DNA of 64,000 nt, taken from contig JAYWIR010000031.1 in assembly GCA_036172245.1 (NCBI GenBank), forward strand, positions 496,001 through 560,000, read 5' to 3'. Shown piece after piece: positions 1 to 12,400 of this stretch. Under the pieces are notes generated by a model that was not told the origin of the DNA, did not search any database, and was given only the letters and a program-made list of their open reading frames with translations. Within the stretch, counting starts at the first letter, position 1. Every line of letters begins with the position of its first letter. The DNA is from Raillietiella orientalis. Lineage: Eukaryota. A program made the position numbers and the translations under genes.

Positions 1-924
1 CTTACATCAGGGAGAGACCGCTTCGCCTTCCCTCCCCTTTCCATCTCCTCCCGCTTTCCCGCGCGAGGCGGACCCGTTTCGCCGCGGCCCGCGTCCGTCG
101 AGACGCGAACGTCTCTAAGCGCCTACGTGGTTGCGGGAAGCTGCGATCGCACATCTCCTGTTACATCTCGTGCGAAGAGGTGCGGAGACGAAAAGAGTTG
201 CATCTTCCTTCTCATCCGAGTGCCCGTATGGATTACTCGCCCTTGTTCCTGGAAATCTCCCCGTGCCCGATGCGGCTTCGGGTTTCTCTCTCCTCTCTGG
301 CCGCTCCGGAGTGGCGGCTCCGAAACGTCACGAATAGGATGCAGAAGGCGCGCTTTCGCTGCCAGGATAGTACTGCTGGAGGGAAGAGACGACCACATCG
401 CCCCCTTGGGAGGGACTCCTTCCTCTCCCACGGCCGCCGCCGCCTCCATCTTGGCGGGCGCTTCTCGACAGAGGGCTCTGTGCGTTGGTGGCGCTCCTCG
501 GCGCTTGCGGGCTTTTGCTGCTCCTTGAAAGCTTCCCTCCCTCCGGAGGCTCGATGAGGGAAAGAGGAGGAGGGAGAGGAGGGTTGGTGGTGGAAATGCA
601 TGGCGTCCTGCTCCTCTGGCCTTGGTTACCGTGGGATGCGATCGGCTTCCCCCTTGTGCGAGCGCAGTTCCTTTGGCGACGCCGTGCTTACAGCTAATGG
701 AAGCCGCGGAAAATGGAATCCAGGGCGAATCCCCGCATAAATCTAGGTAATGACACTTCGGGTACACAGCGCGGAGGATGCAGCTTCCCGTGGAAGGGGG
801 AGGGAAGGAGGAGTTTGCCTCGCCAGAAACGCATGCTCTTCGGGGGCATCCAAAGCGGGCAAGCGACCGACCGCGTGGCGATGGGCAGGTGATGGCGCGA
901 TTCCTTCAAGCGAGCTGCTTTGTG

Positions 925-1170
925 AAAGAAGGAGGAAGGAAGGAGAATGAGGACGGAAGTATGAAAAGAAAGGGAGGAGGTGGAAGGCAGGAGAATGAGG
1001 AGAGGATGGGAGGAGGAGGAAGGAGGAGGACAATAGGGAAGGAAGGAGGAGGAGAATGGAAAAGAAAGGAGGAGGAGGAGGAAGGGAGGAAGAAAGGAGA
1101 ATGGAGAATGAAGGAGGAAAAGGAAGGGAAGAAGAGAGTGGAAGTGGAGGAAGAAGGGAAGGAAAAGCAT
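925..1170. repeat. Purine-rich low-complexity tract (GGA/GAA)
   Basis: Almost entirely A/G. It explains the E/G/R/K-rich and F/S/L/P-rich spurious ORFs here. Confidence 0.9.
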
Positions 1171-3218
1171 AGTGGTTCGAAAGCTGGAACCGACCCTCGT
1201 CCTCTATCGGTGACGCACGAATGTTCAAAGGCCTCTGCCACGTTCGAGGATCCACATGCGCCGAAATTCCTTCAGCTCAATCGGCTGGTAGCTGTGGCTA
1301 GGTTTTCAGGAAGGGTTCGCGGATCCCCAGGCCTTTCGAACCTTCCAGTGATTCCGTTTGCGGAGATCGGAGAGGGAAAAGAGTGTCATGGAGAGACTCT
1401 TCTACATTCCATCCCAATCGAGAAAGATCCTCTTCTACAGACGGCGTGTGCACGGAGGGAGGCTCTCTCACGGCGTTTCCGTCGACCATTTTCAAGCAGC
1501 TCGCGACTCCTCCCCCCATCGGATCGGCCGCCCCTCTGTGCCAAAGGTCCCATCCCGTCCGCTCCTCGATGGCCACAGGCGGCAACGCCGCCGTGCATGC
1601 TGAGGACCCTCGCGGCTAGGCCATCGGGACGCTTTGATCGCACTTCCGCGCGGGTGGCAGCTGGAACCCAGTCCATTTTTCGGGAGTGGAACCGGGACCC
1701 ATGGTGTCCTCACGAAGCGGTGGGTACGTTCCCGTCGGCTACGGTTCTTCTCGCGCTAATTTATGTTAATGATTGCAGCTGCTGTTTGCAATCCTCTGGT
1801 CCCATTAATCATCTGCAACTCGGAGCGGTTTCGGAGAGCAGGGGAGCGCGGGAGCGTTTATCCAGTTTGGATCCAATTAAGTACCAAAGCGATTTGAATG
1901 TCATCAGCTTGTTTTCGCGGGTCTTCTCAACACGGTCGGAACGCGGGTGCGGAGGAGGCGCTGCTTCGTACACAAACAGCATGGGTGGGAATGCGCATCT
2001 TCCCGGTTCGCTGCGAGGTTTGGCCCTGGAGAAGTTCGGGAATCGTGGAAGGAAAACAAACAAACAAACAAGAAGAAGAAGCCAAGAAAAATGAAAGGAA
2101 TGGATGAGAAAAAAAATGGGGGGGGGAGGGGAGAAACATGGCAGGTCCAGCTGTCTTACCCGCACTTACCCCTCCTCCTGGGGCCCACGGATGGAAACAC
2201 TCTCGACGTCAGCTGATGCGAGGTGATCCTCTGAACAAGTCGCACGGCATCGCATCTTCTTCCCTCCATCCTCCCATCCTGATCGTCCCTCCCTCCCAGA
2301 GCTAGGAATCGTCGGAAGAATAGCGCCGTCCCCTGCTCGTACCCGCCACGCTTTCAACCTGTTTTGACTACCTCGAGCCTCGGGCGCTTTCCCGCTCGCG
2401 CTCTCCGAGAGCGAAGATCAGCGAGAGAAGGGGGAATATGTGTACACTGAAGTTTGTACGATGAGGGACGAGGTTCTTTGTTGGGACGAACCCGCGCGAG
2501 GGGTCCTGCGGCAGCGGCCTTCGCCCCCAACCCCGATCATCGGAGATGCTGCCTGCCGCTCCTCTCTGTGGTCTTCCTAGTCGTGTAGCAGCGGAGGAAC
2601 TCTGCGAGCGTACCAATGCACGCCACCTGGTCAGGGTCGGCTGCTCGACCTTCCTCCGCCAGCAGGCCATCGCTGGGCGACCCGAACGAGCGGGATGTGT
2701 GCGCACATCGGGGTGCCATTTTCCTGAATCGCATCCCGGGGTTCGCTGTGGTTCATTCCAGTAGCTGCTCGGCTATGGGAACGAGCGAAGAATCCTTCGG
2801 CTTTTGCACTGACGCCTCGAGGCGTGCAGCACTCTCAACGAACGGTCTCGGGTGGTGCCTTGCAGAGCCATCTCCCGAGGAGCGCCCGGTCGGGCAGCGG
2901 CGGCGGAGGTCGCGGAAAGCGCTCTCCGCTAGACCCGCTTTTTCACTCGGGCGGAGGAAGGGAGGGCCATTTCGCGTTCCCCCGCTCGGGAGGAACCGGG
3001 GTCGCAAGGTCCGCCTGCAGGAGGCACCGCCACTTTCTCCGTTGGTGCCTCCGGTCACCGGTTGCTTCCTCTTTCCCTCCGTCCCTGCCCGCTCCCTCCG
3101 AGCGAAAAGTTCACATGATTCCTTCTCCCTCCTTCCCCCCCCTCCGGTTGGTTGCTAGGCGCCAGGAGGCCGCATGGCGGCGATCTAGGGATCTCTTTCA
3201 GGACTCCCTTCTTTTCAG

Positions 3219-3450
3219 GTTGAACCAGGACAGGAACGGCGGAGCCTGGTGTCCGCTCAACCAGATCGCCGAGAACGTGTACGAATACCTGGAAGTGCAA
3301 CTGAGCGGGATTCACGTGATCACATCCGTTCAGACTCAGGGGAGGTTCGGGAACGGGCAAGGGCAGGAATACGCTGAACACTACCGCCTGGAGTACTTCC
3401 GCCCTGGATTTTCTGCCTGGAGGTGTTACCGCGACCGGAGGAACTCAGAG
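3219..3450 (+). CDS. Ddr: DDR exon, discoidin (DS, F5/8 type C) domain part 1
   Basis: Acceptor ttttcag at 3212-3218. Encodes (R)[77 protein letters not shown]. Ends at GAG|GCAAGT (GC donor). Confidence 0.93.
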
Positions 3451-6400
3451 GCAAGTGCACCGCTTGTTCCAGAGGGCACGGCTTCCTCCCGCTGCCCCTC
3501 TTCCCTCCGGAAGAACGGGGGAAGCGGACGACCTTTGGCCGCTGCCGCGCCCGGTGAGGGGAGGGAAATTTCCCGGCTCCCAGGGAAGGAGAAAGCAGTC
3601 TCGGAGCATGGGATTCTCCTGGACGGAACGCGGAAGGCGAAGCGGAGACGACCACCGCCGCGAGCGACCTCGCCGTCGCGAATGTGTTTTGTTTTTTCTT
3701 TTTGGGGCCTTCCCGAGCGCTGCGGCCTCCTCCGAACGCGCTGCCCAGGGAGGGTCCGGGCGTTCTCTCTCGATTCCCCGCCGTCGTCAGCAGTCCGCGG
3801 GAAGGAGGGGAAGGGTGGACGTTGCCTGCGGAGGCGCCCGGCTCGTCCTCGGCTCTGGACCGGCCGCTTCCTCCTGCGCTGCCGTCGCTTCCGCGACCGA
3901 AGGGGTGCCTGCCGCCTCCTCTCGAGTCGGCGATCTGCGTGCATCGTCATCTGCCGCGCGCATCCGGCGCACGCCGAGTTTCGAGGCAGGTGACGACTCT
4001 CTCTCCCCCTCTTCCCCCTCCGTACGAATCAGCGGCGGTGACGCAACTCGCCAGCCGGGGAGGGAGGGGAGGGGGGTTACCCGCGCTGACGATTTCGGTC
4101 CGCTTGGCCATCCCGATTTCGGAGCGACCGGACAACCGGGGCGTTCACACACTCGACGGCGTTCCGTTTTCTCGAAATCACAAGCGGTGTGGCGTTACCT
4201 GTGGCAACGCTTCGCGCTGGATGGAGTTCCCTCCTTTCATCTGGCTGTTTGTGTTATCGGCCTAGGAATCCCGAGCGAGAGTATCGATCAGCAGATTCTT
4301 CGTAGGTGTTTCTGAAGCCACGGGATAGCTCTCTAGCGTTTCTGCTGACGCGGGTGCGCGCGTTCCCTCAGGCGGCGGCGACGGTCGCGGGACGCCTCTC
4401 CTCACGCTGGCGATAATGACTGATTCATGATTTAGTGAACGCGTGAGCGAAACGACGACGCGAGTGACGACCGAGATGGTTATCGGCGCGCCTCGGCAAC
4501 CGCGCGTGTTCATCACAAGAGCGGGAAGGATGCGATTGTTTTCCCGGAGGATTTATATCTGCCGATTCCGAAGGAGAGGTCGGAATGGATCCCCTCATGC
4601 AGGGGCGCCCGTACAGGTGCTCGCATGACACGGCGGGATCCACCAGAAGGTGATTCACACGACGCGCGTCCGCGGCCCTGTTGGCGCACGCGGGACTCCG
4701 CCTTAGTGACATGCCCAATCTCCTCGTTCCAGGTTCTGGAAGGGAACGCCAATACTTATCTGGCGAACAAGCAGAGGCTGGACCCACCGCTGATAGCGAC
4801 GAAGATTCGGTTTGTTCCCCACAGCATCCATCCCAGAACGATCTGCCTCAGAGTGGAACTTCATGGATGCAAGTTTTCAGGTAAATCCTCCGCACTGCCT
4901 TTTCAGTGCGCCATTTTCCTCTCTCTCTCTTTTGTCTTTTGATTTTGATTTTTTTAAAAAAAAGCTTCAGTGTCTCTAAGAAGCGCAGTCGTTAAGATCT
5001 CGAGGCATTGAGCTTTCCGGTTCTGTCGCAGATGGGCAGAACACGGATCCCAATGATGCGGATGCATGTCGTGAAGCTGATTGCAGGAGCCATTCGACGG
5101 GGGCATTTCCTATAAGCAGACGCGCGCGCGCGTTTCCCTGCAGAGGACCGTTGCCAGCGGGATATAGAGACCATCAAGTTGCATTTCCTCGTACTGGGAG
5201 ATTTCGAGCTCTCCCATCGTTGCCACATGGCTGCTTTAATACCTCGCGGCCGAATCGCCCCCTAATGGCCTTAGTGTTCCAGAACTCGTTCCGTGCTTTC
5301 AGGAACACGCAGCCATAAACCTCTTGAGCGCGCAAAATGGGTTTGCAAAATAGTCAGGGGGATCCGGTAGAAGACGCTTGCCGCGCCGACTGAACTGCTC
5401 CAGAGTTTGCTCTCTGACACAGCACAGCATGAGACAACACACTTTTGAGAGAGAAAAAAGAGGGCGAAGAAGAAGAAGAGAAAAACAGACTTAATCAGAT
5501 ATTCGACTAAGGAAGATTCTTCCGTTTTCACTGCGAAAAGGCTTCATCGCCTTCCACGAGCCATCCGCGTCATTTCGAGGGGTGAACAAGAAGTGCTCTC
5601 TGCTTCGCGAACGCAGCCACGGACGGTGGTTCAGGGCAAAAGCACGCGTTCGTCGACGCGACATCAAGATGGTCGAGCAGACAGAGAAGGTGGAAGAAGA
5701 GCAAGCGAACGAAACGAACGGATCAGTGAGAAGCTCTTCTCGATCACGATGCTGGAGCTCTGCTAAAGGCGCGACGATTTATACGGAAAGTTCTTGTGCG
5801 AAAATTCGACACCAGGGTCTTCGGGTTGGTCCCGGAGCTCCTGGCGGTCACTTCTATGAAATATCCAGAGCGTAGCGCGCTGCGCTCTTTTGTCACCCTT
5901 CACTTCCGGTTCCTCTACAAGCTCAGCCTTCGTCGACGCATGCAACGAAGAATAAAGCGTCTTCGAATCTTGAGCTCTTAGAGGTGGGCAGACGTTCGGA
6001 GGTCGCACCCCAGCAAAACAGAGGTTCTCTGGGCGACTTGCAGAGCTATCGCCCATCCATAAAGAGCGCGGAAGGTAATCGGCAAAGGGAAAACGGCGCA
6101 CACAAGTCCTCTGCCGAAAGTGGGCCATCCTTTGCGATGTCATCAGGAGAACACTCAAGATACCGACAACATAGAATTCAAGAGAAATACAGCATGTAAA
6201 CAAAAACAAAAAGCAAAGTGAGCAGGGAAATGGAATCCCCTTTTTCGCATCTCCGGCGTATCGTCAGACAGAGGTCCCTCATGAAGACGTGTCCCACGGA
6301 TCGCCTAGGTGATTTCTCCCTTCTTAGCGTGTCGAACGCAGGCAGGCTCGCGTCTGTCTGCACCTTTTCCTATAATCGAAAAATCCTTACGAAAGTTCGG

Positions 6401-9400
6401 CTTCGGAAGGCTCGAAAACTCTTGCGCCTTCTGCCTACGTGCTAATTATCTCGCCCGCCGGATTTGCATAAGCTGGCACAAATGCGTCTTTTTATCTTAG
6501 TTGAATTTCCTCATCAGCAGTCTTTACGCACGTCTTTTTTTTGTGCGTTTATGTAGATACGCTGCCGTTTCCTCCGACACTGCACGTATCGCATTCATCC
6601 GTGGATTCGAATCTTGGGGATGGGAGTTTTTCGGACCTGCTCATGGGGCGCGGATACGCCCGAGACACACGCTTTCCCTATTTCTGGATTTCCCTTGCTG
6701 AGTCGCTCTTGAAATTCGAATTGATGCAGCGTCGCCCTGGCCAAGGACGAGTGTTGGAGGCATTCGGGAAGAAGTTTTATTTTCCGTGTGATGCAGACAT
6801 TTCCTTCTTCATCACCTATTTTTCTGGTAACGTTCATTGATTTCTAATCCGGAATATCTGTCTGCGTGGGTAGCTCGTTTAGAATTTATATGCAGGGCGT
6901 CTCTCCTACCTTGGTTTTGTCGACTTATTCGCTTTATTTACAGCGAGACAAAGAGCTGGAATGGATGTTGCATCTTTGTTATAACCCATCAGAGGAAGGA
7001 AGCTTGCCGTAATTGGGAGCAGAAAGAAGTTTTTTCTCATCCTTCTGAGAGTTCGCATGCGTATGGGTCAAAGGCTGTTCGCCCAAGATTCGGTACTCGA
7101 GATTCGGGCGGCCGGAGTTCGAGAGGAGGAGGAGGCGGTACCTCAGAGCGCTGAAGACAAATGTCCCTGCTGAGTGCAACCCACACGATCTGAAGAAAAG
7201 AACGTCCTTGATTTTTCCCATCTTTGCGATGAGGAGGATCAAGGGCGGCTTCAATAGGACATTGTCCTGGGTGCGATAGAAAAGTATCGAACTTTAGCAT
7301 TCGGTGTGTGTGACAGCCGAAGGAGGCACTTGCACGCGACTGCGGAAAAGTGGACAGCAAGACTTCGTAATGCCCACTCTGGAAACCTGGCTGCCGGGGA
7401 GACAAGAGAAATGAAGCACAGTCGCACCAGAGATCGATCAGAGTGCGGCTTTTTTTTTTTGTTTTTCGAGTTTTGCAGGAAAAAGGAAGACGCGAATAGA
7501 TCATTGGAATGATTTTCGAAGAGACAGGAGAGCCAACTTCACAAGAAAGTTTTGACTTTTGGCGGAACTCTTTGCTTTTCCTTTATAAAAGGATGCCTGG
7601 CCGTGTCTATCGTGCATTTCCTCAGACGGAAGCAGCGGGAATGATGACGAAACGTGAAGGTCACTGGGGATTTCACAAACTCGGCCACGGAGAAACACCA
7701 GGCGGGATGGTAACACCGAGGCCCCGAGGTGCTTTGCACGAGTGCTGAATTTCCAACGAAGCACCCACAAGAAGATTTCCGGGCTCCTTTTGCTTCTGAG
7801 AAAATGTAGGAGAGGTGCGCGGCAAGTCTGTTGTTGTGCGGAAGACAGTGGCAAACTCCGGGTTTCTCAGAAGACGTCTTTGGCGATCATCGGCCACCCA
7901 GATTAGTTCAGGCAGAACACACACGAAGAACCCAGCCCCGCTTCGTCGATGGTCGAAGACAATTCTGGTCCTGGGATCGTTACGATTCCTTTCAGCATGG
8001 AATTTCAGCAAAGCCAGCGTTATATAGCCTTCTTTTCGACTTCCTGAGGTGGTTTTAAGAAACTCATAAAGGGTTCTCTGCGTCGCAGGCTCCTGGATTT
8101 CTGAAGTCGGCTCTTTTGTTCCTGTCATCAAAACTGTGAGCATTGATTTCCTGGCTCCCCGTTCCGATCTGTAGAGGGACTCCAGGGCATTACTGTGTTG
8201 CCGGTTACGCTATTGGTGAGTCGATTACTGGTTGATTCAGGCTCAGCAGCCGCGTCCGTCAGAAGCACAGGGTTGTCACGAGAGCAGCTTCCTCGCAGAA
8301 ACCGTGGGTCTAGCTGGCAGAGTGGCTGCTCGAGTGATTTTCTGAGGGTTTCTTGCACCTCGGAGTTCGACGTGAAGCGATCGAGATGAGCAGGAAAGAT
8401 AAAGAAAGAGGTGTCACGGTTCGCACGCAGCTTCGACGAGGTGAGCAGAGCACACTTGAGCAGCCCGGTCGCATTCCGAACCACTTCCCGGACCAGCTGT
8501 GCTCTAAAAGGAGTCACGGATGGAGAAATAGTCCCGAGTTTCAAGGAGGAATTCGTTGTCCTGCCTGACTCTGCTGAAGTTTCGGAATGACACATCTGAT
8601 GAAGATTCGTCCAGAGCCAGACTTTCCGCGAATTAGGATGCATTATAGTTGCCGTTCCCGTCGGGGTAATGCTATCAAAAAAAAAAAAATTAATGCGCAC
8701 GAAGTCTTTGGGAAACCCAAAGAATATCTATCACATCTAGAAGAATTATACGACTGACTACGAACCCTCCTAAAATGTAATTGACAATCACTGATGATGG
8801 ACCATTTTCCCTTGCATAGGAGAGCAGGAAACAAGAATTCTTAGATGGTAATATAGCATTAGTCAGATATGAAGCGAGCTCATGTTGGAGGTTCTCATAA
8901 CGGACGCGAGACCAGGATTCTCGCTCTCATGCAAAATCATTTAGAAAAATCGTTTCAGTTAATCTCCGCGCAATGTGTGTGTGTGTGTGTGTGTGTTTTT
9001 GTTCTCTTTTTTTTCCCCTTAATTGGATGTTCCGGACGGTGATCGTTAATTTTTTCTTCCTGAAGATGCAAAGGGTCCCCTCGAAAGGGACCTTTGGCAC
9101 ACCTCGACTCTGCGGAACTCTGCAGGAATTTTGTTCCGCTGGTCGCTTGGAGCGCGTGTGGCTTCCGTCAATTGACGAACGGTTTCAGCAAGGTTTCCCG
9201 GGATGCGAAGGGTTTTCTGTTCCCGGAGCCTTAGGGTTTTACTCCCGAGGTTCGCGTGTCAGGGAGCAAATGTTCCCGGTTACGGCGCTTTCCTCACTGC
9301 TCTCAGGGCCGTGGGTTTCCTCCCAGGCAGCGTTCGGGGAAAGCGAAGCCGAAAGGATCGCGAGGATCGCGTTCTGCCCGAAGGGAAAGGTTGCGGCGGC

Positions 9401-12400
9401 GTCGGGAACAACCCCGATCCGTCGCACCTGTGGCTCGATCTTGTTCGGGATGTTCTCCTGATCCGGCGGACAATGTTTTCCTGTGTCGGTCGGGCAGCGC
9501 AGGACGGCCCCGCAAAGCCCTTATGCCACCGGTTTGCTTCCCTCGTAGCAGCGATGCCATCGTGGTATGCTGCCACGTAAAGCTGCCACTGCGCATAATT
9601 GGATTTGCAGTTCAGCGTATCCAAACGGCTTTCGCCTTTCGGTTTCGCTCGCCTCAGCGATCCTTCCAGAGCGGAGCAGTGCGCAAAAAGTGCGTTTCCC
9701 TCCCCTCCCGTGCGCGAATTTCGAGTGATCGCTTGCATATGAATCGCAGAACGGTCGCCGGGGGCGATGGAAACCATTTTCCGCCGCGTCCCATTCCATT
9801 ATCGATCGGCTTTCCGTCGTACAGTCCTCGGTTGCCAGTTGATGAAGTCGTGTACCACTTCCAAGGAAAGAGAGGAAAAGAGCTCCGCTGCACTGTCGGT
9901 GGTTTTTTTTTTTTTTTTTTTTTTTTTCAGATCTCTGCTTTCCAACTGCTCTTCTTCTTTGCCCACTACCAATGCGAAAGCTCCTCTTCCTTACACGGTG
10001 GGTCGCTCGATGCCGTCTGCAGCGCTCTGGGAAACACTGACCACGCGCTGTGGAAGAAGTCCAACGGCTTCGCATTCGAAGAAGCCTTCAGTGGGTTAGC
10101 TGCAGCACGCGTGACTGCACGCGAGGGACGCGCAGTTCCCTACAAACTGCAAATCGGCAGTGGATTTGTCGATCTGTGGTGCGTGGGGAAGCCCAAGCAT
10201 TACGGGCAGTGCAAGACGATCGGATATCTCAAGAAGAGATGTGGAAGGGGAACTTCCTCCCCAAAGGAGGACCAAAGCATGAAAACATCTGCGGTCTGTC
10301 TTCTATCTGTGTCCATCTATCTATCCACCTACACACACAAATGCAGTGCATTCTAAAGCAGTTCGATACAGAGCTTCCATCCGAATTACAGCGCACGTTC
10401 TATATAGTCACCTTTGATAGAAGAAACTTTTGACATGAGCAACCCTTAATATAGTCAGCATTTTAAGTCTTCCGTCATTCGATAGAAAAAACTTTTTTTT
10501 CGACCACGTTAAAGATGGGGGAAAAATAAGAGAAATTCACTAACTATTCCGATGAAAAGTTGGATATTTTGCGTGAAATCGAGAAGGGAACGAAGCCAAA
10601 AGTGCTGTGTTTGAAAATCTGACAACTGAAAAAATCTCAAAATCTCATTTTCGTCCCCGAATATGACCTCTTACCTGCAACCACCCGACCAGCACGTAGT
10701 CAAATCTTCCAAAGTCCGTTGCGGCAAGCACTTGTTGATGACACTGGCATCTCGAGATGATGATATTTCCGTTGCTTTAAATAGCACCAAACGATGTGGC
10801 TCGTATGGCAGTAGAGTTGCGGAATGAAATTCGAAAGAGCGTCATTGTAAGTGCTTTTAAGCATCTGTGCTCACCAGCTGAAGAAACTGAGTTGAATTTA
10901 CCGATCGGCTATTTTGCTGGTGAAGATGATACATATATACCCACTGCAACACCGTTCGATTCCATAAGAGAAAATGTAGCAAGCGACTCTGGGATGATGG
11001 AATGGGCGGAAGGAGAAAACGAACCATGATCTGGGCACCGTCATGAACGCTCCTATGGAGCACGCAGAAGAGAAGATTTCGATGTTCCAAAATTTGATGT
11101 TGGCAAAGTTATTGGCCACCCATTCCATTTAGCCGCATTTAGTGCTCCGAAAGTGTGTGTCTTCCTGTTCGCGACATTCTTCTCCTGAGAAGAAGAATAC
11201 GGGAAAAAGCAACCGTGAAGAAGCTCGGATGAAATTTTATATCGCATCGTCATCATTTACTACATACACATTCATTATTTTTACTTTTGTAATTCGTGTT
11301 ACTGTTCAGCAGTTTGGTTGCTTTTCTTTGATTATCCAAAGTAATTTTTGTTTTTTTTATTTCGACTGCATCCTACGAAGTCAACATTTTCAACATTTTG
11401 ATCCCGGCAAAAGCGCCTGTGTCGAATGCACGCCGCGCTGCGTTTACTTCCTCCCTGACCACCCACCGGGAGCAGAACTCTTTCCGCAGGGCGTTTTTTG
11501 TGAACTTGGTGACAAGATTTTCAAAACGGGTCTCTGCGCAGATGACTCGGCCTCTCCGACCGACCGTTGGCGAATGTCTTCAGCATCAGCTTGCTCGCTC
11601 TGGTTCGAGTCGGCCGCGAATCCCGACTCGGGAGGAACAGCTTTCGGCCTCTCGAGCCCCGAGGACGCTTCGGCTGAACTTTCGAAGCTCTTCCGCCGCC
11701 ATTCGGGTGCCGTGTGGAGGCAGCCACCGGCACCTCGCACGCCCTGCTGACGTAACTTCGCCCATTCTTCCAATCTTTCGATTCCTTCAATCTCAGCTCA
11801 AGGCTGCATCTGGTAGCCAGCCGGATTCTTTCAGCATCTCTCCGGCACCTTCGTCATTAGGAGCTCCCATTCGAGGCAGTCCAAACAAGACTGGAACTCT
11901 TGGAGACTGGGCAGAGCGCATGGGTCTTCGTGCATTCATCGAGCTGATCGTTCTTTCCTTCTCTCGCTGCTTATCCGGTACGCATCTCGAGAAGGAATTT
12001 TTCGCATTTAATCATCCGCTTAATCTGCCTCATAACGTGCCACCCTTTTCTCTTTCACCTGTACCATTTTCTGACGCCCGCTCATAATTGGTAAGAGCTA
12101 CTTGAATCTTCGAAGGACTTTGCACTCGTTCTGCTTCCCTCCCCCTTCCTCTCCCCTCTCTCTTTTAAAAGTCTCTTTCGATTTTTTTCCTTTTCCTATT
12201 TCCCTTGAGTTCCTCTGGTGTTTCCTGAACTGGAGCGGTATCTGAGCAGGGCGTTGGGTGACATTTTGTCTCATTGGCTATTATGAAACGCAGGCACGTT
12301 GCTACGGAACGGTTAAAAACACGAAGTTTCGAGCGGGGGGTGCGTTCTGCCATTTTTTCATCTTCCTTCGCTTTGATGTTTTGCTTCGATCTCACCGTGG

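Noticed and set aside
694..746. Possible upstream DDR exon (LMEAAENGIQGESPHKSR|gtaatg), phase-compatible with 3219
   Set aside because: It lacks the expected LGMxxGxIxDxxITASS motif and any signal peptide. The true 5' exons probably lie outside the window.
778..2094. 438-aa ORF and overlapping antisense ORFs
   Set aside because: They arise from a purine-rich low-complexity tract and GC-rich DNA; no domain is recognisable.
2824..3993. 389-aa ORF as a complete gene
   Set aside because: Only 3219-3450 is DDR-like; the rest is intron read-through.
7950..8700. Minus-strand ORFs with faint hAT dimerisation-like fragments (LK/NHLR...LALLKFH)
   Set aside because: The match needs several frameshifts, and I found no TIRs or other hAT motifs. 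Too weak without a search.
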